Shown here one piece after another: positions 1-8,297 of a DNA stretch of 17,935 nucleotides. The translations under genes were made by a program, and so were the position numbers. Position 1 is the stretch's first letter; each line of letters begins with the position of its first letter. Source of the stretch: Myxococcota bacterium (GTDB lineage Bacteria; Myxococcota_A; UBA796; GCA-2862545); NCBI GenBank assembly GCA_039208735.1, contig JBCCQY010000182.1, positions 1 to 17,935 on the forward strand, given 5' to 3'. The notes under the pieces are model-generated. The model was not told the origin of the DNA. It saw only the letters and a program-made list of their open reading frames with translations, and searched no databases.

Positions 1-59
1 CCGGTCAAACCACTCCACCGAAAAAAGGCCCGCGCCGCAAAAGGAAAGCCTCGGCGGGG

Positions 60-87
60 TTGACGGGTCCGGGTGGCTTGTTACGAG
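60..87 (+). promoter_or_regulatory. Putative sigma70-type promoter for tRNA-fMet
   Basis: TTGACG (-35) at 60-65 and TG-N-TACGAG (imperfect extended -10) at 79-87, 10 nt before the tRNA; A-tracts at 21-26 and 39-47 could act as an UP element. Confidence 0.45.
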
Positions 88-97
88 TCGCCTACTG

Positions 98-171
<74 letters not shown>

Positions 172-181
172 TCTATAAACG

Positions 182-224
182 CGAAAGGCCCGCTTCTACG
201 CGAAGCGGGCCTTTCGTTTCTTTC
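182..224. terminator. Rho-independent terminator, probably bidirectional
   Basis: Perfect 15-bp inverted repeat CGAAAGGCCCGCTTC (182-196) / GAAGCGGGCCTTTCG (202-216), 5-nt loop, followed by TTTCTTTC on +; weaker T-rich tail (GTTTATAG) on -. Sits between the convergent tRNA and ABC ATPase 3' ends. Confidence 0.9.
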
Positions 225-234
225 AAGATTCGCG

Positions 235-957
235 TCAGAGCGAAGGCACGCCCGTCGTTGCGCCTTGCTCTTTGGCGATGTCACTGTCGACCCGTCCGTC
301 GAGCAGCCCCACGAGTCGCTTCGCGTATTTCATCACGCGTGGGTCGTGGGTTGAGAAAAGGAAGGTCACTCCTTGCTCTCGGTTGAGGGTGGCCATGATC
401 TCGAGCAGGGTTTCGGCCGTCTTGGAATCCACGTTGGCCGTGGGCTCATCGGCGAGCACCACCGCGGGCTCGGCCGCGATGGCCCGGGCAATCGCCACGC
501 GCTGCTGCTGGCCCCCCGAAAGCTCATGGGGGCGTCGGTGCTCCATGCCTCCAAGTCCCACGTCTTTGAGGAGCTGCATGACCCGACTCTCGCGTTCGCG
601 CTGGGAGACGCCCTGCAAGGCGAGAACCGCTTCGGCATTCTCGAACGCTGTGAGCACGGGAATCAGGTTGTAGGCCTGGAAGACAAAGCCGATGCGGTCG
701 CGCCGGAGGGCGGAAAGCTCCCGACGCGAAAACGAAGAGAGGTTTCGCCCTTCGATCTCGACGCGGCCTCGAGTAGGCACATCGAGGGCGCCGATCAAGT
801 TGAGGGCGGTCGTCTTCCCGGAACCGCTGGGCCCCCAGAGCGCTACGAATTCACCGGGTTCGATGGTGAGATCCATAGTGTCGAGCGCTGTCGTTTCGAT
901 GGCGCCTTGCTGGTAGATCTTGGTGACCTGCTCGAATTGTACGATGGGACTCGACAT
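235..957 (-). CDS. ABC transporter ATP-binding protein, LolD/MacB(FtsE)-like
   Basis: Walker A GPSGSGKT, IGFVFQAYNL Q-loop, signature LSGGQQQRVAIARA, Walker B/D-loop VVLADEPTANVD, H-loop STHD. Confidence 0.95.
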   Translation of the reverse strand: MSSPIVQFEQVTKIYQQGAIETTALDTMDLTIEPGEFVALWGPSGSGKTTALNLIGALDVPTRGRVEIEGRNLSSFSRRELSALRRDRIGFVFQAYNLIPVLTAFENAEAVLALQGVSQRERESRVMQLLKDVGLGGMEHRRPHELSGGQQQRVAIARAIAAEPAVVLADEPTANVDSKTAETLLEIMATLNREQGVTFLFSTHDPRVMKYAKRLVGLLDGRVDSDIAKEQGATTGVPSL

Positions 958-960
958 GCG

Positions 961-2211
961 CTACACCAGGTTGATGGACTCGACGGGTTTCACGCGACCC
1001 GCCTGAATGGCCGGGAGGATCCCGGCGAGTAGCGTGGCGGCGACGATGGCCACCGCGATGGCAAGGGCATTCTCGGGGAAGATGCCAATCCGGAGGATTG
1101 GATCCATTCCCACCCCGCCAATGTCGATGCCCCCTTGCTGGGCATACACCTCGGTCATGTCGATGCCCTGACCATGCAGGAACGAGTAGGGCAGCGCGGT
1201 GACCAAGATGGCGCCCACCAAGCCAAGGCCGGCCAAAAATGTACTTTCGAGCATCACCAGGCGGAAGAGCTGAGAGGGGGCGTACCCAAGGGCGAGCAGA
1301 ATGCCGAACTCTCGCCGACGCTCCAAAACGCTCATGAACAGGGTGCTGAAGATCCCGGCGGCGACCAACAGCCCGATGACGACCTCAAACACGCGTCCAC
1401 CACCGATCTTCATTGCGACAAACGCCTGGATCTCGGGTTGCAATTGGTCCCACGTCAATACGGACGTGTCTTCTCCGACCAGGCCCTCGAGGGCTTCGGC
1501 AACCCGTCCACTGCGCCGTCCGTCGTCGAGAAACACCGCGACTTGGGTGCTCTCATCGCCTTCGAAGCCGACCACGCGCCTCACGGTACCGATCGGCAGC
1601 AAAGCCAGCGCGGCATCGGTACTTGCCGCTCCGGTTTCGACGATGCCAGACAAGCGTTCCATGCCGGATACGATCTCACCCGACTTGTCGGTCAAGGTGA
1701 AAACCACCTTGTCGCCGAGTTCAGCGCCGAGGTTGCGGGCCAGACCCGAGCCCAAGATGATGCCTCGGTCCTTGGCGGTCTTGAAGTTCTCGCCTTCGAT
1801 GAGGCCCTGGGTGAATTCGAACGTGGCTTCGGTTTCGCGTTCGGGGTCGTAGCCAATGAAAAAGGCCCCAAAGCTGTCGCGGGACGTCGACAACATCGCT
1901 TGGCCCGAAGTTCGGTCGACCACTTGGATCACATGGCGCTGCTGTGTAGCGGCTTGCCGCGTGTGCTCAGCGACCGCAACGGTGTGCGTCAGGATGGGCC
2001 GGTCGCGGTAGTCGGGATGCTGGATCGTGACGTGGCCGGCTCCAAACTTGGCCGCGTTGTCGATGAAGTCCGAAAACGACTGATCTTGCATCGCCGTCAT
2101 CAGGACGGCCAGGCAGCCGCCAAATGCGATCGACGCCAGGGTCAGCAGGGTGCGGCGGGGCTGACGCCAGAGGTTTCGCCAGGCCATCGCGACGAGCTTG
2201 GGCCCATTCAT
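961..2211 (-). CDS. ABC transporter permease, LolC/E / MacB-FtsX family
   Basis: Start reassigned to ATG 2211 (MNGPKLVAMAWRNLWRQPRRTLLT), GGGAG upstream; TM1, large periplasmic domain, three TMs with SVLERRREFGILLALG motif and C-terminal PAIQAGRVKPVESI. Confidence 0.92.
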   Translation of the reverse strand: MNGPKLVAMAWRNLWRQPRRTLLTLASIAFGGCLAVLMTAMQDQSFSDFIDNAAKFGAGHVTIQHPDYRDRPILTHTVAVAEHTRQAATQQRHVIQVVDRTSGQAMLSTSRDSFGAFFIGYDPERETEATFEFTQGLIEGENFKTAKDRGIILGSGLARNLGAELGDKVVFTLTDKSGEIVSGMERLSGIVETGAASTDAALALLPIGTVRRVVGFEGDESTQVAVFLDDGRRSGRVAEALEGLVGEDTSVLTWDQLQPEIQAFVAMKIGGGRVFEVVIGLLVAAGIFSTLFMSVLERRREFGILLALGYAPSQLFRLVMLESTFLAGLGLVGAILVTALPYSFLHGQGIDMTEVYAQQGGIDIGGVGMDPILRIGIFPENALAIAVAIVAATLLAGILPAIQAGRVKPVESINLV

Positions 2212-2224
2212 CGCGCTCTCCCTT

Positions 2225-3448
2225 TCATTGATGCTGCATGGCGGCCAGCGGAGAGATGGTCGCGGCCTTGATGGCCGGCCAAAGCACCGCTCCAACCGTG
2301 ATGATGTAGAGCATGAGGATCGGAGCGATGAGGCCAGCGGGCGTGTAGTAGCCCTGCCACACCGCGGGCATGGTCATTCCTGCCACCTGCATGCCGCCCA
2401 GCGAGCCGATGTTGACGCCTACGGTCTGGAGATAGGCCATGCCGGGCAGGGCAAGCAAGACGCCAAGTACGGTGGCTACGGTGGCTTGGATGAGCCCTTC
2501 GAACACCATCATGACGAGCACTTGCCAAGGTCCGTAGCCGATCGCTTTCATGACCCCAAGCTCGCGGATGCGCTCGAATACGGCCATGAGCATCGCGTTC
2601 AAGATCAGGATGGCGACGGCCACGTAGATGATGAAGTAGAGGATCACGACGATGCTCGCCGCCGAGTCGATGTACTGGGCAAGCATGGGGTTGACGGCCT
2701 TCCAGGTCTTGACCTGCACGGCCTCGCCCGTAGGCAACGCGGTCTCGATTTGCGCTTGGGCCTTGAGGAGACCGAGGTTGCGCGGGGTGCGGACGAGCAC
2801 TTTGTGGGCTCCGCCGTCGAACACCATGAGGTCGCGAAACGCGCCTTCGGTCATCAGCAGCCCACCCCGGTCGAGACCGGCCGCGACCGAGAACAGAATG
2901 CCTCGCACCCGGAAAAGCGCGTTGGCCACGCTCCCGTCGGCCCCTTGGCTTAGCACCAGGACCTCGTCGCCGAGTTCGAGTTCGAGGATGCGCGCCAGCC
3001 CTCGTCCCACCACGACGCCTTCGGGATCTGCGGCATCGAGCCATTCCCCCTGGGCGATGGCGTCATTGAGGTCCATGGTCGCAGCGTCTCGTTCAGGCTC
3101 AATGCCCACGAACGAGGCGCCTGCGGAAAGCTCGCCCGAAGCGGCCAAGCCTCCCGCGAAGAACCGCCCCGTGGCTTGGAATCCCTCCCCCTCGAGCGTC
3201 GAGATGTAGTCCGCCGAATCTGGCATGTGCTCGTAGAGGCTCGGACGCGTGGGATAGTCCGGATCCACCAGCTGAAGATCGCCAAGCTCGTACGCGACGG
3301 CATCTTCTTCCATGCCGTAGACGAGCCCCTCCACGAGGCCGGCGTACAACAGCTCAACCACCAAGGCCAGGACCATGGCCACGAGTGTGATGGCCGTGCG
3401 ACGTGACTGTCGCCAGACATTTCGCCAGGCCAACTTCAACAAGTTCAT
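2225..3448 (-). CDS. ABC transporter permease, LolC/E / MacB-FtsX family (second paralogue)
   Basis: Start reassigned to ATG 3448 (MNLLKLAWRNVWRQSRRT), AGGAG RBS, ATGA overlap with upstream stop; AVFERIRELGVMKAIG motif; C-terminal WPAIKAATISPLAAM. Confidence 0.92.
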   Translation of the reverse strand: MNLLKLAWRNVWRQSRRTAITLVAMVLALVVELLYAGLVEGLVYGMEEDAVAYELGDLQLVDPDYPTRPSLYEHMPDSADYISTLEGEGFQATGRFFAGGLAASGELSAGASFVGIEPERDAATMDLNDAIAQGEWLDAADPEGVVVGRGLARILELELGDEVLVLSQGADGSVANALFRVRGILFSVAAGLDRGGLLMTEGAFRDLMVFDGGAHKVLVRTPRNLGLLKAQAQIETALPTGEAVQVKTWKAVNPMLAQYIDSAASIVVILYFIIYVAVAILILNAMLMAVFERIRELGVMKAIGYGPWQVLVMMVFEGLIQATVATVLGVLLALPGMAYLQTVGVNIGSLGGMQVAGMTMPAVWQGYYTPAGLIAPILMLYIITVGAVLWPAIKAATISPLAAMQHQ

Positions 3449-4686
3449 GACGCTCTCCTGGAGCGCAGTGCAGTAAGCAAGCAGGCCAGCGCAAGAATGC
3501 CGGTCCCCCGTGGCGCGGTTGAGCATCCCCGAGGGGCGGAGGCCTTGGGCACCTCGACACAGGTCGCATCGAGTTTCGCCTCGGTGCCCGCCACGATGAG
3601 CCTCGCCCCTTCTCCGGGCCCCCGACGGACCCACAAGGTGCCGGTCCAGGGGTCCTCGGTCGCGGTGACGAGCCGCTCTCCATCTTCGTTGACCGTGACA
3701 AGGGCCGATCGCGTACCCGGTACCCCTGCGCAATGAATTCCGAGCGAGTTTTCGGTCTCTGACGCGGAAATGTCGAAGTACGCCGCCGTGAATCGACGCT
3801 CGTCGTGCTCGATCCGCACCGTGTCTTCAAACATGCGCGTAGGCACGCTTACGTCGGCCACACAGGGAAGCGGCTCATCAAGGTAGTGCTGGCCGTCATC
3901 GTTAGCGCACGCAAAGCGATTGTGGACGGCATACTGCAGGAAGACCTCGTCGAGCGACTCGCCAAACGCGTCCTGGGCGGCCTCCTCCATCGCGTTTGCC
4001 CAGTGGTCGTCGCCTTGCAGGGCCTCCCACAATCCCACGAGGCGCTCGGGGTCGTACCCTGTGTACTCGGCCCAAAACTTCGACCAAAGGAACGTCGCAT
4101 AGGGGCTCTGGTCATTGCCAAGCCGACGTTCGGGCTCGCTTAGCCGGCTCGCCCACAACGTGGCCGCCGCTGCCTCAAGGACCGGGTCGTCTCCTGCGTG
4201 ACTGTACTGCTCGTAGGTGGCTCCAGACTCGTAGAGCCACGATGGCAGGTTCGTGCGGTACCGGAACTGGATGCAATGATGCAGCTCATGCCGAGCCACG
4301 GACGCGATGACGCCCCCGAGCGGGGGCAGCTTGGGGTCGAGCCGAATATAGCAGCTCGAATCGTTGTTTCCTACATCGACGGGGTTCGCGTACCCGTTGG
4401 CATCGAGTTCGAGGATGTAGACGTCGATCGCATCATTGCCCCCTTCTCCGTTGTCGGGCAGGGGGCGGGGCCAGCCCTCCTCCTCGAAGATGGCCTGACC
4501 TTCGACAAGGCCTCTCTGGACCTCGGAAAGGTAGCTCTCGTCCACCGCATCGGGGCCTTCGGCCGTGTAGTGGATGCGAAATCCGTCGAGATCCTGGGTC
4601 AACTCGGGCCCAGACAGCACCGGTCGGCCCAACGAGCTTCGAAAGAGCGGCGGGACGGTGGCGATGACGACGACAAGGGGAAGCAT
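3445..4686 (-). CDS. Exported zinc metalloprotease (MXAN_6640-like) with MYXO-CTERM-like sorting tag
   Basis: Probable start ATG 4686 (MLPLVVVIATV); FRIHYT, DNGEGGNDAIDVYI, zinc motif HELHH plus downstream WLYESGAT glutamate; C-terminus GCSTAPRG-TGILALACLLTAL-RSRR (Gly-Cys, hydrophobic helix, Arg cluster). Confidence 0.75.
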   Translation of the reverse strand: MLPLVVVIATVPPLFRSSLGRPVLSGPELTQDLDGFRIHYTAEGPDAVDESYLSEVQRGLVEGQAIFEEEGWPRPLPDNGEGGNDAIDVYILELDANGYANPVDVGNNDSSCYIRLDPKLPPLGGVIASVARHELHHCIQFRYRTNLPSWLYESGATYEQYSHAGDDPVLEAAAATLWASRLSEPERRLGNDQSPYATFLWSKFWAEYTGYDPERLVGLWEALQGDDHWANAMEEAAQDAFGESLDEVFLQYAVHNRFACANDDGQHYLDEPLPCVADVSVPTRMFEDTVRIEHDERRFTAAYFDISASETENSLGIHCAGVPGTRSALVTVNEDGERLVTATEDPWTGTLWVRRGPGEGARLIVAGTEAKLDATCVEVPKASAPRGCSTAPRGTGILALACLLTALRSRRAS

Positions 4687-4700
4687 CGCGTGAGGGTACC

Positions 4701-5435
4701 TTACCCGACGGTGCGAGGTCCGAAGTTGATCCAATTGAAGGGATTCAACCGCCCGAGCACACGCTTCCACCAGGCCTTGCGACGCCGGTACGGGTGAAGC
4801 AATTCGGCGAGTCCGGGGGCGGCGCGCGTCTGGATCCACACCCGCCCTTGGCCGGTGAATTGCATCACGATGCCTTCGCCCGACCGCAACAGCGAGTTGA
4901 GGTTGCCGACGGGCTTTGGAAACCAAGACAAGGAGTCGTCGAAGGCCACCACATGCGAGGTGTCGATGATCACGGTGCCTTGCACCTGCACCGGATGAAT
5001 GGCTCCGTAGCTCGAGAGAAACAGGTCGCCGTCGCCCTGGCAGCGGAGCATCACCAGGCCCTCACCGCCGACCAAGCTACGCCATCCGCCCCACTTGGCG
5101 TCCACGGTGATGCCCGGGGTGCAGGCGACGTACGCTCCCCGCTGAACCACCAACGCATTGCCGGTGAGACCGACATGAACGAGGTCGCCGGGCTGGGCCG
5201 GGGCGATGTCGATGCGCTGACCGGGCCGTGTCGCGGTGTAGGTGTTGAGGAACATGGATTCGCCCGAAAGTCGGCGCTGCAACGCTCCCCAAGGGCCACC
5301 TTGCAGCGACGTGTCGAGCAGGATGCCGGACGACATCCCCATCATGGCACCTGCTTCGGTCACCACAGCGTCACCGGGCTTCAGCGTGACGTGCAACGAC
5401 GCGTAGTTCGGCCGGTTGCGGATTTCGTACTTCAC
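4701..5435 (-). CDS. AIM24 / TIGR00266 family protein (copy 3)
   Basis: Start reassigned to GTG 5435 with GGAGG RBS; MKYEIRNRPNYASLHVTL, TEAGAMMGM, SGESMFLN, GGEGLVML, GDLFLSSYGAI, IDTSHVVAFD, GEGIVMQFTGQGRVWIQTR. Confidence 0.9.
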   Translation of the reverse strand: MKYEIRNRPNYASLHVTLKPGDAVVTEAGAMMGMSSGILLDTSLQGGPWGALQRRLSGESMFLNTYTATRPGQRIDIAPAQPGDLVHVGLTGNALVVQRGAYVACTPGITVDAKWGGWRSLVGGEGLVMLRCQGDGDLFLSSYGAIHPVQVQGTVIIDTSHVVAFDDSLSWFPKPVGNLNSLLRSGEGIVMQFTGQGRVWIQTRAAPGLAELLHPYRRRKAWWKRVLGRLNPFNWINFGPRTVG

Positions 5436-5437
5436 GC

Positions 5438-6148
5438 CTACCTCCGCCGACGGGGCAGCATTGGACCGATGATGCGGCCATAGGCTTTGGGATTGTGGCT
5501 CTGCAGCCACAGCCGGCCCTGACCGTGAAACTCGACGACGAACCCTTCGCCTCCGAACGCTCGAAACCACGGGCTCCGAGCAAAGCGACGGACCTCGAAC
5601 GACAGGGTGTCTTCAAAGGCCACCACGTGGCCCGCGTCGACCACCCAGGCTTCGTCCACCTGGATCTCCCGGATGTAACCGAAGGTCGAGAACGCAAGCA
5701 GGCCTTCGCCCGTGGCGCGGACCATGAACATGCCGTCGCCCCGAAGGAAGGCCTCGGTACCGCCCCACTCGTTGTCGAGGCCGATGCTCGATGCACTGCA
5801 CAGAAACGAAGTGGACTGCAACACGAGCCCCGTCTCTTCAACGAGTCGGTGCACGACGACGTCACCGGGCGACTTCGGCGCGAATGTGACCGAACCCGGG
5901 TAGCTTGCCGCTTCAAACTTGTTCTGGTAAATCGCCGTGTTTCGAAAGAGCTGCCCGAAGCTGCGGAAGAACCAGGGCAAACACCCGTATCGGGGCAGCT
6001 GGGGTTCAGGCGAGGTCGCGGACGTCGAGATGGTGACGTGGGTGTCTTTCGACACCATGGCCCCCCCCTCGGCGATGACCGCCTCTCCGGCATCGAGCAG
6101 GACGGTCGCCAGCGCGTAGGCCGGACGATGTTGAACGTCGATCTTCAC
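5438..6148 (-). CDS. AIM24 / TIGR00266 family protein (copy 2)
   Basis: GTG start with GGAGG RBS; AEGGAMVS, FAPKSPGD, VDAGHVVAFE, GGEGFVVEFHGQGRLWLQS motifs. Confidence 0.9.
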   Translation of the reverse strand: MKIDVQHRPAYALATVLLDAGEAVIAEGGAMVSKDTHVTISTSATSPEPQLPRYGCLPWFFRSFGQLFRNTAIYQNKFEAASYPGSVTFAPKSPGDVVVHRLVEETGLVLQSTSFLCSASSIGLDNEWGGTEAFLRGDGMFMVRATGEGLLAFSTFGYIREIQVDEAWVVDAGHVVAFEDTLSFEVRRFARSPWFRAFGGEGFVVEFHGQGRLWLQSHNPKAYGRIIGPMLPRRRR

Positions 6149-6160
6149 AGCCCCTCCGGC

Positions 6161-6985
6161 TCAGCGCTCGAGGTAGGGTTCGAGCCAGTCGACGAACATG
6201 GGCACGTCGCGGGTCTGCATCCAGATCTTGCCCCGACCCCGGAAACGGATGACCAGCCCTTCGCCCGAAAACACAGTTTGGAAGAGTCCGCCGACCCCTT
6301 CGAGGCTGTACTTGAGCCCCTGGGTGAAGGCGACGACGTGGCCCGTGTCGACAATGTAGGCCCCGTCTACCTCGACTTCTTCGATGGCCCCGTAGGCGTT
6401 GACCAGCAGGTCACCCGGGCCTCTCGCACGCAGGAAGAACGCGCTTTCTCCGCCAAAGTACATCGCAAGGCCCGCCCAGCGAACGCCCACTCGGACTTCC
6501 GGTGAACTCGCGAGGTAGGACTCGGCCTGGATGAGAACCGGCGTGCGGTCATCGAGTGGAATGTGGGTGACATCGCCCACGATTACCGGAGCCAGCACCA
6601 CTTCCGACGGGCTGTTTTCAGGGGCCGTGAACTCGTTCACAAAGAGGCTTTCACCTGCAAGAATCCGACGGAAGAACGCCGTGATGGCTGCGGAAATCCA
6701 ACGGAAGAAGCCGCCTCGAGCGCCGGCAAACGTCAACCGAACGTCGGTGTCGCGGCTCATGGCGACCATCGCGCCGGCTTCCGCGGTGAACGAAGCCCCC
6801 GGCGGCAGTCGCACGACCGCGGTGCCGAACGATGGCCGACCTTCGATGCGAACGTCGGGCCCACCGCCCATCCCGATGTCCCCGTCGACGGGCACCGGGG
6901 ATGCATCCGTGGCGGCGGCGGGTATCGTCGGAACGGGCGAGACGTCCGACTCCACCTGAGCTTCGCCTCCCGCACCCGATGCCAT
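6161..6985 (-). CDS. AIM24 / TIGR00266 family protein (copy 1, with N-terminal low-complexity extension)
   Basis: ATG 6985 with GGAGG RBS; AEAGAMVAM, LAGESLFVNEF, FGGESAFFL, GDLLVNAYGAI, VDTGHVVAF, SGEGLVIRFRGRGKIWMQTR. Confidence 0.9.
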   Translation of the reverse strand: MASGAGGEAQVESDVSPVPTIPAAATDASPVPVDGDIGMGGGPDVRIEGRPSFGTAVVRLPPGASFTAEAGAMVAMSRDTDVRLTFAGARGGFFRWISAAITAFFRRILAGESLFVNEFTAPENSPSEVVLAPVIVGDVTHIPLDDRTPVLIQAESYLASSPEVRVGVRWAGLAMYFGGESAFFLRARGPGDLLVNAYGAIEEVEVDGAYIVDTGHVVAFTQGLKYSLEGVGGLFQTVFSGEGLVIRFRGRGKIWMQTRDVPMFVDWLEPYLER

Positions 6986-7026
6986 GTGGCCTCCCTCGCA
7001 TTTCGCTGGGGCCACTTAATCGCTGG

Positions 7027-7917
7027 TCAGCGTCCTGTGGACCAGGAACCCCCAGGTTCGGCAGAAAACGAGTTTCCGTCGTATAGATATCGTTGGTACT
7101 CGGTTACGACGTTGTCCTGGACGTCGTAGACGACCATAGCCGCCGCCCGTCGTTGGTCAGGGAGGTACGCTTGCCCCGAGGTCCCTGCGTTGCACACAGG
7201 AATTTCGTGCCCGTCTGACAGTTTCAGCATCGCCTTGAATCCGTGGTGAACGTGTCCACACGCGATGAAGGCGGGCCGCTTGGGAGCTTTGTCGAGGACG
7301 GCGATGAGATCGGCGGCGTTGAGCAACCCATGGCGAGATCCGTCATACCGATTTCCGCGCCGATCGATGACCGGGTAGTGAATCGCCAGCCCGACGCTGC
7401 GGTCGGTCAGCGCGTCCTCCGCCAGCATGGTCGCAAGGGCTTGCAGCTGAGACTCGGGAAGTCGCCCGCTGCTGCCCAGGGTCAACGGCCGGTTGGGGTC
7501 AAGCCCGATGAGGGTGAGCGGTCCCTCGTCCATGCGACCGATACCCGAGGGCAGACGGCCCATCCAGGGGCCAAACCATCGCTCCATGGCACGACTGCGC
7601 TGGCTGTGGGGCGTGTAGACGTCGTGGTTGCCCGGAATCACGAACACGGGCCGGTTCGAAAGCAAGGGTTCGAGATCATCGCGGGCCATTTCGAACTCAG
7701 CTTCGAGAGCCTGCGAGGTGAGATCCCCTGTGATGAGCACGACGTCGGGCTCGAGGGTCCCGATGTGGGCAACCAACTGCTGCTGAACGTCGCGCGAAAA
7801 CTGATGCCGGCGTCCCATCAGATAAAGGTTGGCCGTGCCGAGCCATCGCTTGAAGGTGAACTCGTTCAACCGAGGGGGCGCGAACCAGTGAATGTCTGTG
7901 GCGTGGGCGATGCGCAT
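7027..7917 (-). CDS. Calcineurin-like metallophosphoesterase (CpdA/Icc-like)
   Basis: Start reassigned to ATG 7917 (MRIAHATDIH); five metal motifs DxH, GDLT, GNHD, IHYP, GHVH. Confidence 0.92.
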   Translation of the reverse strand: MRIAHATDIHWFAPPRLNEFTFKRWLGTANLYLMGRRHQFSRDVQQQLVAHIGTLEPDVVLITGDLTSQALEAEFEMARDDLEPLLSNRPVFVIPGNHDVYTPHSQRSRAMERWFGPWMGRLPSGIGRMDEGPLTLIGLDPNRPLTLGSSGRLPESQLQALATMLAEDALTDRSVGLAIHYPVIDRRGNRYDGSRHGLLNAADLIAVLDKAPKRPAFIACGHVHHGFKAMLKLSDGHEIPVCNAGTSGQAYLPDQRRAAAMVVYDVQDNVVTEYQRYLYDGNSFSAEPGGSWSTGR

Positions 7918-7925
7918 GGCGTTCG

Positions 7926-8297
7926 CTAACGCGCTCTCCGTGGAAGCAACGCTACGCCGGTCGCTCCGAATCCGGCGACCATCAGCACGGCGACCAAGAA
8001 CATCACCGTCAAGGGCGCTTCGGCAGGGGCCACGCGTATCCGAAGGGGCTCTTCCCCCACTTGCAGTTCGGCCACGCCTGGGGTGCTGGGCGTCCATCGA
8101 ATGCGGCCGCGACCATCGGTGATGCCGATGGCGACCTCGCGCTCCGTGGTGAGTTCCGGCCCGTGAAACACCCGCACCGTTTCGCCGGAGCGTGGTTCTC
8201 CAAAGGGGTCCGTCACCGTGATGACCACTTCGTCCCCGACCTGAGGCGGGGCTTCGAGGGTGATGGAGGCCGAAGCGGTGGCGAGCAACCAGATCAT
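7926..8297 (-). CDS. Small exported protein with beta-rich (Ig-like) domain and C-terminal membrane anchor
   Basis: ATG 8297 overlaps upstream stop (ATGA); MIWLLATASA leader, GDEVVITVTD and GITDGRGRIRWTP beta motifs, C-terminal hydrophobic helix ending PRRAR; exactly fills the gap in the gene run. Confidence 0.7.
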   Translation of the reverse strand: MIWLLATASASITLEAPPQVGDEVVITVTDPFGEPRSGETVRVFHGPELTTEREVAIGITDGRGRIRWTPSTPGVAELQVGEEPLRIRVAPAEAPLTVMFLVAVLMVAGFGATGVALLPRRAR

